Positions 13,926 to 27,134 of a stretch of DNA of 64,000 nucleotides are shown one piece after another. The position numbers were made by a program, and so were the translations under genes. The notes under the pieces are model-generated. The model worked only from the letters and a program-made list of their open reading frames with translations, had not been told where the DNA came from and ran no database searches. Position 1 is the first letter of the stretch, and each line of letters starts with the position of its first letter. Source of the stretch: Octopus vulgaris (Eukaryota); NCBI GenBank assembly GCA_951406725.2, contig OX597818.1, positions 127,968,001 to 128,032,000 on the forward strand. The letters are read 5' to 3'.

Positions 13926-14151
13926 CACCCCAAGAGTGTAGTGGGTAGTAGGTGCTTGTTATGTGTCACTGGCATGGGTGGCTTTTATGTGAAACTGAGA
14001 TAAACTCCATCTTAAATGGCCTGTACGCTTGATACAAACTTTAACTAACTTGAGAGAGAGAACGAACAGAAAAGGATCCAATGGAAAGCCAGTCTGGACA
14101 GAATTCTGAAGGTGACACATCCTGAAGATCACACGCTACCTCTATTTCTAC

Positions 14152-14182
<31 letters not shown>

Positions 14183-14204
14183 GTGTGTGTGTGTATGTGT
14201 ATAG

Positions 14205-14518
14205 ATCACCGTGATCACCGTGACTGACCAGGCTATCAGATGTTGTTACACATCGCTGGTCACAATGCGCTTTACATTGTTTTAGCCTTCAAATGACGCC
14301 ATCCCGCTGGCTAAGCGAGCAGGCCAACAGAAACAGAAAGAGTGAGAGAAAGTTGTGGCGAAAGAGTACAGCAGGGATCGCCACCACCCCCTACCGGAGC
14401 CTCGTGGAGTTTTAGGTGTTTTCGCTCAATAAACACTCACAACGCCCAGTCTAGGGATCGAAACCGCGATCCTACGACCGCGAGTCCGCTGCCCTAACCA
14501 CTGGACCATTGCGCCTCC
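14205..14518 (-). mobile_element. tRNA-derived SINE (GGAGGCGCAATGG head family)
   Basis: A-box tggtccagtggttagg and B-box ggtttcgatccc. Homologous to 47421-47723 and 51456-51822. Confidence 0.85.
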
Positions 14519-15445
14519 ACATGTTTGTATATATATATATATATCATCATCATCATTTAACGTCTGCTTCTATCCATGCTAGCATGGGTTGGACGGTTCA
14601 ACTGGGGTCTGGGGAGCCCGAAGGCTGCACCAGGCCAGTCAGATCTGGCAGTGTTTCTACAGCTGGATGCCCTTCCTAATGCTAACCACTGTCTGTCTGT
14701 CTATCTATCTATCTATATTATGCTGAGTCTGTTCATAACAAAACAACACAGGGAAAGTCATTTATTTCTCATCCTCCATTCTCCACATAACGACATGCCA
14801 CTGCAGCTAGGAAATAGTCCCGATGTGTGTCTCTTTGGTGTAAAGAATTAAAACTTATGCTCTGAACAGTTTTAGTCAGCAGCCCCCAGTTCTGATTTGA
14901 GGTTGCAGCTCTGTCACTTCACTTATATCACAGTGCATTATGAGAAAAGAAAACATGTTCCTGAATGTCATTAACTCCCATATCCTCCACCTACTCTAAA
15001 TATCTTATGCTGCATGTCTGCTTGGAGATAGCAACATATGATTCCAGTACTCTCTCTCTCTCTTTGAAATACTTTAACAACAGAATTCTATCAAAGTAGG
15101 TTTCAGAAATAAATATGCTTTACAAAGAAACCTAAGTAATTCAATAAAATATTAACAAAGAGTGGGGGAACTATATCTTAAAAGCTTACTGAAGTTAGTG
15201 GAGTAGCAGAAATGAAAGTATTCGGCTAATTGTCCTTTAGTATTTAGTTTCATCCTTCAGCATTTTGGTTTCAGAGTCAATAAAACAAAAACCACGCATG
15301 TACAGGGATTTGTTCAATCAAGTATATCAGCTACATTCTGCTCCTCCAAATTCAAGGCCTTGTGAAAAATTATAATAGTATAGTTTTTTTTACCAAAGAC
15401 ATGATGAAAATGTGCTGAGGTGAACTAAAATTTATCTCTCTATTC

Positions 15446-15646
15446 CAGTGCTTTTCAATCTTTTTGCTGGAGCGGAACCCCAAGGAAACATTCCACTGGC
15501 TCGAGGAACCCCTGTGCAATAATTTAATAGTCTTATGCACACATATCTGCACAGGAGAATTAAAAATTACTGCCGATTTTAGCAGTTTTGTAACTTCTTG
15601 TGGAACCCCTAGACTGTACTGGCGGAACCCTGGTTGAAAACCACTG
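15446..15646. mobile_element. hAT (Charlie-like) MITE
   Basis: TIRs CAGTGcttttcaa / ttgaaaacCACTG, perfect 8-bp TSD CTCTATTC. Confidence 0.85.
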
Positions 15647-15853
15647 CTCTATTCATATCAAGTGGCTAAGGATGCCATAGAAATCTGATCCCAATACAAC
15701 AAGCCTATCAAACACAAATCCTGTTTCTTCATTACAAGATTTCTTTTTTGAATCGTTTAGTCAAAATGGGAAAGCAGTGTCTATGATTCTCTATAGAGCC
15801 TTTTGAGACTGAAAAAAGAGAGGGAAGAAGGTATCTTCAAACTGGCCTGAATG

Positions 15854-16171
15854 TTTGTAACTGAGTGGACTCTGTTAAAGGCACCCAAGGTGGTGTGTTA
15901 AACTGAATAATGGTTTAAGTCAAGCACCCATGTAAGCCACAGCAGGATTTGAACTCAGGAGGGTAAACACAAATATCACAAGGCATCTCCTCCAACATTC
16001 TAATATTTCTACCAGTCCACCACTTTACAGTATTTCTTTTTTGTACAGTAGGTATGGTATACATGGAGCACTGGCTCACATCTATTAATTCAACTGGCTA
16101 AATATGAACCAAGAGAGCTTTGATGTGGTCATGTTACATGTTTCCTTCTTGAGTCATGCCGAATCATAAGG
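15854..16171. repeat. Inverted duplication arm (partner 8966-9284)
   Basis: Reverse complement of 8966-9284. The SINE tail it contains continues past 16171 here but is cut off in the other arm. Confidence 0.9.
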
Positions 16172-16441
16172 GCTGGTTTCCCAGTTTCTATGGCGTATAT
16201 ATTCCCCACCTGGACGGGACATCAGTCCATTACAGGAATTACTCATTCTTGCCAGTTGGATGGACTAGAGCAAGATGAAATGAAGTGTTTTGCTCAAAAA
16301 CACAACACGTCACCTGGTCCAGGAATCGAAACCACTGCCTTAAGATCATGAACTCAACATCCTAACCACTAAGTCACATGCCTCCACTCATGTTGCATGC
16401 TAGAAACAGGACCCAAATCTCCCTCAAACAATATCCTTTAA

Positions 16442-16653
16442 CCCTTTAGCATTCAGATTACTCTGTCGAATATAATGCTTATTCATTTATATTCTTTTGA
16501 ATTCATCATGCATTATCTTGCAGCTTTAAAATTATGATGTGATAATATGTCTTTAGAATGATATCATAGGGTAGATGTAAGAAGCTGGATCTGGATAGTT
16601 TGAACATAAAGTAGAATAGTTGGGTGGATGTGACCAGTTTAAATAGTAAAGGG
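16442..16653. mobile_element. piggyBac-type MITE
   Basis: TTAA-CCCTTTAGCATT ... TAAAGGG-ttag. Confidence 0.75.
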
Positions 16654-16670
16654 TTAGAAAGGAAAGAAAA

Positions 16671-16891
16671 GGCAGAAACGTTAGCACGCCGGGCGAAATG
16701 CTTAGCGGTATTTCGTCTGCCGCTACGTTGTGAGTTCAAATTCCGCCGAGGTCGACTTTGCCTTTCATCCTTTCGGGGTCAATAAATTAAGTACCAGTTA
16801 TGCACTGGGGTTGATGTAATCGACTTAATACCTATGTCTGTCCTTGTTTGTCCCCTCTGTGCTTAGCCCCTTGTGGGTAATAAAGAAATAG
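16671..16891 (+). mobile_element. Young SINE (Nin/Deu-like core) with ~25-bp TSD
   Basis: ggttagaaaggaaagaaaaggcaga is repeated on both sides and CpGs are retained. Confidence 0.85.
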
Positions 16892-17722
16892 GTTAGAAAG
16901 GAAAGAAAAGGCAGACTAAAATTGAATACACTTTATGAAGACACTTTATGAATAGATGGAGTGTCCATGGTTGGAGTGCTTTTAATCAATAGTTTGTGTA
17001 ATCAGAACTGAGCTGGATCTAATAACATTGAAGACATATTTTGGTTGAGTTTGTCATGTGGACAAAAGAGCACAGGCTAAAGAAAGATTCAAAATATATC
17101 CTAAGCTCTCATGAATATTTAAAGAATAGTGCTTGACAATGGTTTCATGACATTAAGTGAATGAGAGTTATATTTCTCTCTGGACAGGATGCTAGTCAAC
17201 TATAGGTAACTTTTTGAGCACCAACAGCCTGAGAAGTTCTGCTAAAGATTCTGATTACTGTGTTTCCTCTTTAACTAAATAATGCAATTTCAAATAAATT
17301 GGTGTGTAATTCCAACAGCCAGGTGATTTGAGGAGTGCAGTTTTTAATGTATTCTAAGTATAAAAGAAACATGTAGTGAAACTGATCTCAAGACTTTAAT
17401 GCTATAGTGTCCACTTAGCTATTCTATATACAGAATGAGTGAGGAGAGGTTATTTGAGATATCATAGCAGATCAGCTTAATGGTCTGGCTGGTGAGATTA
17501 GAACACTAAGAAGCCAGGGATTCTCAAAGCAAGTTCTGAGGAAAAAAAATCTGGGATTCAGCGAGATGACGTTTATTTTAATAACAGTTAATAAATATTT
17601 ATTTTTTAAAACAATCTGCATAAGAAAAAAAAAATTTTTTTGAAACAAATGCAATTGTATGTTGTTTTTGTTCTTTTACATGGATAAATTCTCTCTCAAA
17701 AAACAACTTTTGTTTCATTTAA

Positions 17723-18028
17723 TCTTTATATATAAAATTCAAGTTGTGTGTGTGAGACTCTGTCTCCTCCGATTTAGATTCCTAACTACTCCCACATTTT
17801 GCGGTGCAGTTTAACTAAAAGCGGGTATCTTATAGTCGTCATTCATATCGAGCCCTTCTGGGTATTAGTGCGCGTCTACGATGAGTCTACAATTTAAAAA
17901 AAATTTATCATCATTTTTCCACATTTTTAATGATTTTTGCTCGGATTATATAAGGGAAGTAACTCTCTAAAAATGCTTATATAGTTATTTCCCTAACAAA
18001 CCTGAGCAACGCCAGGCGATACTGCTAG
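17723..18028 (+). mobile_element. Non-autonomous Helitron (~300 bp)
   Basis: 5' TC after A, 3' hairpin cctgagcaacgccagg then CTAG before T. Near-identical copy at 60776. Confidence 0.85.
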
Positions 18029-18852
18029 TATCTTATAAAAATGAGGGTGGTGAGATTTTGAATACTGAGAACAGACACGTACATGCGTGCGTGTTTGTTT
18101 TGTTTTTTTGCGTTGACATCATGCAATAGTTGTAAACAAGCAGCACTGTCATACAAGTGTTTTTGCTCATTTTCAATCTTTTATGGAAATGTCCAGCTAC
18201 AGGGAAAATACCTTGTCTGAAAATGGACATGGGTTGGTGACAGGAAGGACATTTGGCCATACAAAATCTGCCTCAACAAATTCCATCTGATCCATGCAAG
18301 CATGGAAAAGTGGACGTGTAAAAGGGTAATGGTGAAAATGATGATATCTAATGTGTTTTGCATCAAAATAAATTTGGAAATATCTTTTTTCCAAGAACAC
18401 AATGCAACAACATGGATCTTTTAGCTTTTATCCTATCATTTCTGATTCAAAAGTTCTTAATATAGATTATAAATTCGGTCTTTTGTAGCCCTTAGTGTAA
18501 ATTTTATTTTTTTTAAAGATTAACAGCATTCTTAATTTCCAGCGTCACCTCCCAGTAATACTACAAGCATACATAAAATCTATAACCTCATATTTATGGC
18601 AGGGAGGGGAAAATGGTAATTTTGTTACATTTCATGCCTTTTCCAAGGGATATTGGTAATATAAGTGAAATGTAGTTACCACACCTGGATTCAGGAACCA
18701 GGACTTGACCTCAGCTGACTCACTTAAAAGTTTACTTTCACTTTAATGAAACTACTTGACAGCTGCCTTATCATATTGCCCAACTTGTCTTCAACACCAG
18801 CTGCTCACATGAGATTGTCTTCACATAAAGAAAGATATATATACATACATAC

Positions 18853-19375
18853 ATGGTGGCTGCCCCCTCGTTATCGAGTATGGCCATTGCATGAAGCTTA
18901 ATCAATGTTGTTATCGTGCAATGCCTGTGCAAGAAAATTTATTTTAAAGTGAGGAAAGGCTGTGCACTGAGTCAATCCCACTCACTAAACAGCAGCAGCC
19001 ATAATCCGAAAAGAAGAACAAATCAACATCATTGGTAACCACTGAGCCGCAGGTTTTATGTCAGAGTTATCCCAGTTATCTGAGTTACCTTCTCCTAGAA
19101 TGATGCCCTAACAAAGGCTAGGAGTTCTTCACTCCCAATGGTTTAACCACGCAATCGGGTATTCAGTCCGATTATTTCTATGTCCCCGCGCATGATACAG
19201 CCTTAAGACATTTATTGAATGGCCATTGACTCTCAAGAGTTTCTCCGCCCTTTGACGGGTTTTGTTTTTGATCCCGCAGGGTGTCCAATAAACACCCTCC
19301 TCACCAAGCAAGCTTGGTGGGGTTGCCGGATTAGTCGACGACAACCCAACCATGCAACAGGTTGTACTGGGTTAC
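18853..19375 (-). mobile_element. Non-autonomous RTE-derived element (5'UTR-like plus 3'-tail-like parts)
   Basis: Contains ggcatcattctaggagaaggtaactc, which resembles RTE 5' UTRs, and ends gataacgagggggcagccacc-(ATGT)n. No ORF. Confidence 0.5.
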
Positions 19376-19425
19376 ATACATATGCACATACATACAAACA
19401 TACATACATACATACAAACATACAT

Positions 19426-20025
19426 AATAATAATAATATAATGGAAGTCTGTCGGGGTTCAACAATGATGTCAGTGACGCTGGAGGTGGGAGCAGAACCC
19501 AAAGGCGGACGTGCAGACGTGGCCATATGTTGGGCACATAACAGCAGAATTAGGGTTGGGGACCCTCACTTTTTGGGCTTGTCGTTTCTGGTCTAGGCTC
19601 TTGAGGCACTTTTCCTCAAACAGCCTAACACCCTTTTGGACAGCTGGATGCCAGGCGCCATGGTCAGAGGTAAGCGATTCTCAGCCATGGGCTCAAATGC
19701 CGCAGGCCTCAAGGGAAGTTTTCAGGTTGTCCATGTATCGCCTCAGTGGCCTTCCAGGGTTTCTTGCACAAGAAGCTAGCTCAGAGAAGAATATCATCTT
19801 TGGTAGGCGCGTATCGTCCCTTCAGACTACATGTCCAACCCACCAGAGCTGGGCCTTCATGATGAGAGCTTCAATCCCAGGCATTTTGGCTCTGCAAAGC
19901 ACCTCAGTGTTGGAGACTGTCCTCCCAGGAAATTCCCATGATTCGTCGCAAGCAGCGGAGGTGGAACTGGTCAAGTGCTCGCATTTGCCTCCTATACAGC
20001 GTCCACGTCCCACAGCCGTAGAGCA
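19426..20025 (-). mobile_element. RTE/BovB-like LINE 3' fragment
   Basis: SNTEVL..AKMPGIEALIMKAQLWWVGHVV...RLPKMIFFSEL...GRPLRRYMDNLK, then a degenerate terminal zinc finger CPTYGHVCTSAFGFCSHLQRH*. Confidence 0.85.
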
Positions 20026-20049
20026 TGCATACATAAATACATACATATA

Positions 20050-20258
20050 AGGGGTGCTGAAAAGTTCCTAGCTTTAAGGGGATTGTGAAAGGCCTGGCTG
20101 GAGCCCAACCTTCTAGGTTCTTCTACAGGGCTGAGAAAAATTGAAGGGGTACTGCAATAAATGCGTGAATCTGAGAGAGAAATATGGTGAATAATATCAT
20201 AATCAACTGATCCCCTGTATTTTCTTTTAGCCATAACCAGGAACTTTTCAACACCCTT
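20050..20258. mobile_element. mariner-derived MITE
   Basis: TIRs ggggtgctgaaaagttcct / aggaacttttcaacaccct. The interior resembles a mariner 3' end. Confidence 0.7.
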
Positions 20259-20274
20259 TCATGTGTGTGTGTGA

Positions 20275-20310
<36 letters not shown>

Positions 20311-20942
20311 TGTATGTGTCTTTAGATATATATGTATATTATGTGTGTGTGTATATCTGTAGATGGATAGGTAGGCATATATATACATATATACACACAC
20401 ACGCACATGTATACATACATAATATATGCATATGCATGTATCAGTACTCATATTCTCTATTCTTTCACTCCTTTGTCCTGATTCTCTCACCACCATCATC
20501 TTCTATTCTATTCACATTATTAGTAATGTTTGCCTTAAACAGAGACAAAAGAGCCTCTTTCATTTTGCAAAGGGGCATGCTACTTGTCTGGTGCAGATTC
20601 CACAATAATATGCATCCAGTAAAGTGGTTGGTGAATGAAGCAATGAAGTAGGTTGGATAAGACACCACAGTATTGTTCAGGGTTATGACAACATGTTTTC
20701 AATGCTGGTACCATGTTGAAATGCATCCAGTATAATTTGTAGTGTAAAGGGCATCCAGATATAGGAACCATGCCAAAATGGAGTACGTCTGGTCCTCCAA
20801 CCTCTCTAGGAGGTAATTACAAACAACAAGAGTGTACTTGGGTTATGACAACCTACCCAAACTATGCTAGTGTGGAATGTAGACAGCCGATGATAATGAT
20901 GCACGTGTATATTATATAATATACATACACACATGAAACCTC

Positions 20943-20983
<41 letters not shown>

Positions 20984-21543
20984 CTAAAGAATTACACAGT
21001 CATGTGTGTGCATGTCTAAAGAGGAAATAGCTAAATGAAGTGACACTGTCCCCCACTCAGTTATACATTACACTGTTCTATTTGCATTGTTCAATTTTCC
21101 TTCCTACAAAACAAATTTATATATATATATATATGCATGTATATATACACACGCACAATATCATCATTTAACATCCATTTTCAATGCTGGCAGAAGTTGG
21201 ATGGTTTGATAGGTGCTGGGAAGCCAGGGGACTACACCAAGCTCTACTGTCTGTTTTGGCAAGATTTTTACACCTAGATGCTTGTCCTAATGTCAAACCA
21301 CATTACAAAGTGGACAGAGTGCTTTTTATGTGGGACCAGAACCAGCAAGGTCTGTTAGGCATAACTTTTACAGTTAGATGCCCTTCCTAATGCCAATCAC
21401 TTTACAGAGTGGACTGGGTGCTTTACACGTGATGTCTCTTTTGGCATGGTTTTTACAGCTTGATGCCCTTCCTAATGCCAACCATTTTACAGAGTGGACT
21501 GGGTGTTTTTTACATGGAACAAGCACCTGTGATGTTTACATAC

Positions 21544-21595
<52 letters not shown>

Positions 21596-22611
21596 CATAC
21601 ATACATATAGGTACAAGCATGGCTGTGTGAAAAGAAGGTTCTTCCCCAACCACATGGTTCCTGGTTCAGTCGCTTTGTGTGGCACTTTGGGCCAGTGTCT
21701 TCTACTATAACCTCAGGCTGATCAAAGCCACATGAGTGAATATATATATATATAGACATGAGTATCTTTGTCCCTCATTCAGCTTGACAACAAGTGCTTA
21801 TATGTTTATGTCCCTGTAATTTAGCAGTTCAACAGAAAAGGCGATAGAGTGAGTACCAGGCTTTAAAAAAAAGACTAAGTACTGAGATTGATATCTTTGA
21901 CTAAAATTCTTCAAGGCAGTGCCCAGCATGACCACAGTCATATATATATTATATATATGGGTTCAGCTATAGCTGAGTGATGAAGACGCTTGCTTCCCAA
22001 CCATGTGGTTTAGCCCTTGGCCAACCAAAGCCTTGTGAATTTTGTAAGCAGGAACTGATAGAAGCACATCATATATACACATCGCAAAAGACTAGAAACA
22101 AGCAACACTGCTTGTATGACAGTAATTCTCTTGTGCAACCATCATGTGATGTCAAAACAAGAGTACACACACATGTACAACAGGCTTCTTCCAGTTTCCA
22201 TCTATCAAATCTACTCTCAAGGCTTTGCTCAACCTAAGGCTAGAGAGGACAATTTGATATTTTATTACACCTTACCTAAACAAGCGCAAAGTAATTAAGT
22301 ACATATCAGGGTTGCTAAATGTTTCTCAATGATCTTAATGATAATTCTCTCAAACCTGTAAAATCAACATTTAAGATGTTGGCAAGACTTGTCTGGATCT
22401 ATGACGGCATATTTCCATATGGTCAAGCAATGCATTATCTTGCCTCAGATGCAACCTTACCATTTGTCTTCATCTTTGTTAATGGTTGATGGTCATTATT
22501 GATGTTTAGCCCCAGGTCAGTCATGATCAAACAAGACCTATAATCAAATGTATTCAAGTATTGACTTTCCTCCCTTTATATTGTAACATAACTATATAAC
22601 TATTTCAGAGA

Positions 22612-22933
22612 ACCCCTTCAGTCACGAATGACCATGGGATTGCACCTAGAAAGTTACCCTCCAAGGCACAAGTCTGGGCAAGGTTATTTATGGAAGACCA
22701 GTAGTGGCCCATGAATACCAGCCTCCCCTCTCCATGCCACCAATGTTATCCAAGGGAAAGACAAAGGCCGATACCAGTGACGTCGCTTCTCATTTCTACA
22801 GCTGAGTAAACTGGAGCAATATGAAATAAAGTGTCTTGCTCAAGAACACGACACGCAGCCTGGTCCAAGATTTGAACTCACAACCTCACGGTTGTAAGTT
22901 CAACGCTCTAACCACTGAGCCATGTGCCTTCAC
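22612..22933 (-). mobile_element. tRNA-derived SINE (GGTGAAGGCGCATGGCTCAG head family)
   Basis: Homologous to 56840-57186 and 42398-42722. Confidence 0.8.
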
Positions 22934-23354
22934 TATCTATAACTATACTGACTACATTAATGTATTCTTCCATTTTTAAGTCAATGAGGTATAATTTAAG
23001 GGAGATTCAGCTGCTATTTTTAGCTGGGTTTTTTTATTGGTTCCTAACGATGATAGTTGATGACAGTTGGAAGGGTGCTTGAACCAAACCTTCCCTACTG
23101 TACATAATATGAAAAATATATCTGTCAATCATTCAGTGAAATAAATTGAGCTCTCTTGTGTGTTTAATCTTACAGACTATTATATGATCATAAATATCAG
23201 TTACAGCTGGGAGAACAGATTGTGTATCAAAAACGTTTACATAATTATGTGAGAAAATCCACTTGGAAAGATGTGTTTCATGTTTCACTTTAGGGTTTCA
23301 GCACAGAAACAAGTGTGTATAGCAATGTTCCTACCTCTCAGATATATGGTTTAA

Positions 23355-23974
23355 CCCTTTAGCATTTAAACCAGCCATATCCAGCCCAAATATTCTACCT
23401 GCTTTGTGCTCATACTGGCTAGAAATGGCCTCTCACAATCATCATCATCATCATCATTGTTTAACGTCCGTTCTCCACGCTAGCATGGGTTGGACGGTTC
23501 GACCGGGGATCTGGGAAGCCAGAAGGCTGCACCAGGCTCTGGTCTTATCTGGCAATGTTTCTACAGCTGGATGCCCTTCCTAACGCCAACCACTCCGTGA
23601 GTGTAGTGGGTGCTTTTTACGTGCCACCTGCACTGGTGCCAGGCGAGGCTGGCATCGGCCACGGTCGAATTGGTGCATTTTACGTGCCACCTGCACGGAA
23701 GCCAGTCGAGGTGGCACTGGCTTCGGCCACGATTCGGATGGTGCTTTTTACATGCCACCGACACGGAAGCCAGTCGAGGCGGCGCTGGCATCGGCCATGA
23801 TTCGGATAGTGCTTTCAAAATGTCATTCCAATAATAGATAATCACAAAATGTCATTCCAAAAATAGATAATCACATTATTGAAGTCTCAAAGCTACAAGA
23901 CAATGCAAGATTAATTCAATATGATGTGAATAAATAAGCATTAGATTTGATAAGGTAATATGAATGTTAAAGGA
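23355..23974. mobile_element. piggyBac-type MITE split by an RTE 3'-end insertion (~23440-23815)
   Basis: TTAA-CCCTTTAGCATTTAAAC left half. The remaining MITE sequence resumes after the RTE tail with a ~28-bp tandem duplication. Confidence 0.65.
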
Positions 23975-24354
23975 TTGACCTTCAACAAAATACCGAAAGA
24001 GATGTCAAACTCAGAGGGAATGCATAAAGGCAATGAGTATCCAACCAAGCACTGTTAGCTCTATATCACATTGTTACTTTATCACACAACCTTTTGACAA
24101 TTGCTAGAGCCAATGACAGAATCTCTAATGTGGTCACTAGACTTGTTCGAAATAGCACCCTAATCTACCTCCAATCACATCTTGCAAAAAGGACACATTG
24201 ACTAACACTATTTCATCACAGTTATGCTTAATCAGAGCTAACCTGGAATTGCATAACAGTAATAATACTACATTGCAATTTTTTGTTTGTAGAATGGGAG
24301 GAGATACTTCTAGCCTTCTCAATCCTTTCTAGATTGGGATGTAAAGATAAATGG

Positions 24355-24589
24355 GTGCGTGCCGGTGGCACATAAAAAGCACCATCCGATCGTGGCCGTT
24401 TGCCATCCTCCGGTGGCACGTAAAAAGCACCCACTACACTCACGGAGTGGTTGGCGTTAGGAAGGGCATCCAGCTGTAGAAACATTGCCAGATCAGACTG
24501 GGCCTGGTGCAGCCTCCTGGCTTCCCAGACCCCAGTTGAACCGTCCAACCCATGCTAGCATGGAAAGCGGACGTTAAACGATGATGATA

Positions 24590-24620
<31 letters not shown>
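24355..24620 (+). mobile_element. RTE LINE 3'-end copy with (GAT)n tail
   Basis: ...ccaacccatgctagcatggaaagcggacgttaaacgatgatgat. Same family also at about 4760-5072, 14545-14690, 26175-26400, 27730-28078, 51140-51362, 57913-58245 and 58935-59267. Confidence 0.8.
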
Positions 24621-24621
<1 letters not shown>

Positions 24622-25250
24622 TTCTCAAATTAGCATTTTGACAGTCAGTGTTTAAGGAAGGAAAACCTAGACAGAAAAGAAGTTTATGAGAAATGCATTT
24701 CAGAAGAGGATATAAAAATGAATATATAGTTATAGACTATATATATATAGTTATATATAGTCAGTAAGCTAAGAAGCTATATGAAAATTCACCTATCAGG
24801 CAGATGATGGTTTTTCTTTAGATGCATGTTCATTGTGTTCGCATGTATAGTACAAAGACAATTCTATTTGGGTCAGCAGTATTCCACTACAGAGTAATCA
24901 TGTGCCTTTTTGGCCATTAGCTGTTTTGGAATGAAACAACTGCAATATTTATATTTGTGATGTCACTTTTGGCTATTACCACTCCAATGTGGTCGTAATG
25001 CAACATCATAAGACATAATAAAACCTAGTAAGTGTAGAAAGAACACTAGCTTCAAACTACATACTATTTGTGGGTAGCAAAGAAACAGCGTTTATCATCA
25101 TCATTTAGCACCCATTTTCCATGCAGGCATGGGTTAGATGGTTAGACTGGAATGGTTGAGCCAGAGAGCTGCACCAGGCTCCAGTCTGTTTTGGCTTGGT
25201 TTCTACAGCTGGATACCCTTCCTAATGCCAACCACTTCATAGAGTGTAAT

Positions 25251-25588
25251 AGGTGTCTTTTACATGTCACTGGCACAGGTGCCTTTTACGTGTCACCGGC
25301 ACAGGTGCCTCTTATGTGTCACCAGCAGCGGTGCCTTTTATGAGTCACCAGCATGAGTGCCTTTCATGTGTCACCAGCACAGGTGCCTTTCACATGTCAC
25401 CAGCATAGGTGTCTTTCATATGTCATTGGCATGGGTGCCATTCACATGTCATGGGCATAGGTGTCTCTTACAAGTCACTGGCACAGGTGCCTTTTATATG
25501 TTACCAGCACAGGTGCCTTTCATGTGTCATCGGCATGGGTGTCTCTTATATGTCACCAGGATAGGTCCCTTTTACCTGTTACCAGCAC
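25251..25588. repeat. 26-bp minisatellite, 13 copies, inside an RTE 3' UTR
   Basis: Consensus about AGGTGCCTTTTACGTGTCACCGGCAC, head-to-tail with no spacers. Confidence 0.9.
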
Positions 25589-27134
25589 TGGCCATGACTA
25601 TGGAAGGTACATATTCTTGAGAAGCATAGATTTTAAGTATTGGGGGTATCAATTAAAACTAGTTGGTATGTTCCTATTGAAAGATGTTTCTCTTTGTGTG
25701 AAGTGTGTGCATCTACTAAGAGGTGTTGAAATTTAGACTAGATTTCTTCATGAAGAAGGAAATGAGGTGTTAGTGTGGTGTCATCTGCAGTATGGTGAAG
25801 AGAGCAGAATGTACTTGTATACTAGGATACCTGTAGGAAAGGGTTTTGTCAATACAGCAACCTCACTAAACACTTCCACTCCAGGTTATTTAGAGACATA
25901 TTAAGCCAGTTGGCTGCAATTTGGTGAAAAGATTCTCAGAACAGATATAATTGAGGGTAAAATCTTCACTTTCAGTCATTTGTTTTTTTAATTTTAATAG
26001 AAATTGGGTTTGAAATTGAGAAAAAAATAAAGGTTTAGAGTCTGAAGGCTAATCAAAGGCAGGGGTCAGCAAACTTTTTGAAAAGCTGGAAGGTTTTTTT
26101 GTCTTGTGGGCTAAAGCAAATGAAACTGGAAACCATAATCATACAAAGTTGTAGAAACAAAATTTTTTTTATTCATCAGCATCATCATCATCATTTAGCG
26201 TCCGCTTTCCATGCTAGCATGGGTTGGACGGTTCAACTGGGGTCTGTGAAGCCAGAAGGCTGCATCAGGCCCAGTCTGATCTGGCAGTGTTTCTACGGCT
26301 GGATGCCCTTCCTAACGCCAACCACTCCGTGAGTGTAGTGGGTGCTTTTTATGTGCCAGACGGAGCTGGCAAACGGCCACAGACGGATGGTGCTTTTTAC
26401 TGTTTTTCTTAAATGTCACCCATCATAAAAAAGTAATCAATCATTATACATTTGTCACAAAAATCATTATAGGTGCAGGCATGGTTGTATGGTAAGAAGC
26501 TTGTTTCCCAACCACGTGGTTCCGGGTTCAGTCCCACTGCATGGCACCTTGTCCTAGTTCCTTCTACAACTGCCTGTGCATTAGGTAAACAAAAACTGGA
26601 AGAAGCTCATTGTGTGAGTGTATTTGACCCCCATCACAGTTTGACAAGCAGTGTTGGTGTGTTTACCTCTCTAACTTACTGGTTTGGCAAAATAGACCGA
26701 TAGAATAAGTACCCGGTTTAAAACAACAAATATGATTCATTTGACAAACAATTCTTCAAGGCAGTCCCAATGCATGACTGCAGTCGAATGACTGAAACAA
26801 GTAAAAGATAATGCCTTATGTGACAGTATGCAGTTAAGAGATAAAACATCTCTAGTTTCAATAAATAGGTGGCAATGTGATACCAGTCAGTTAACCTGCT
26901 TTCTTCAATAGACAAATATTTTTTGCTTCTTCTCTTATACAAATTATAAGATTATACAAACTACAAACTAAGATTATGACTGTATATGAGACAGTTTCCA
27001 TGTTTCAGTTATCTAGGAAGGTGAAAACATTTACTGCTTAAAATATCGCACCTGAGGAAACCTTCATTTGTAACCAAGTGATAGAATCTAAGTTATTTTT
27101 TTTGTTGTTGTTGTTGTTTTTATCTATCTATCTA

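Noticed and set aside
23555-23845. Recurrent ORFs containing FLQLDALPNANH (about ten copies)
   Set aside because: Antisense reading of the RTE 3' UTR, not a gene family.
25251-25588. CRISPR-like array
   Set aside because: Head-to-tail degenerate units with no unique spacers, no cas genes, and a eukaryotic LINE context.
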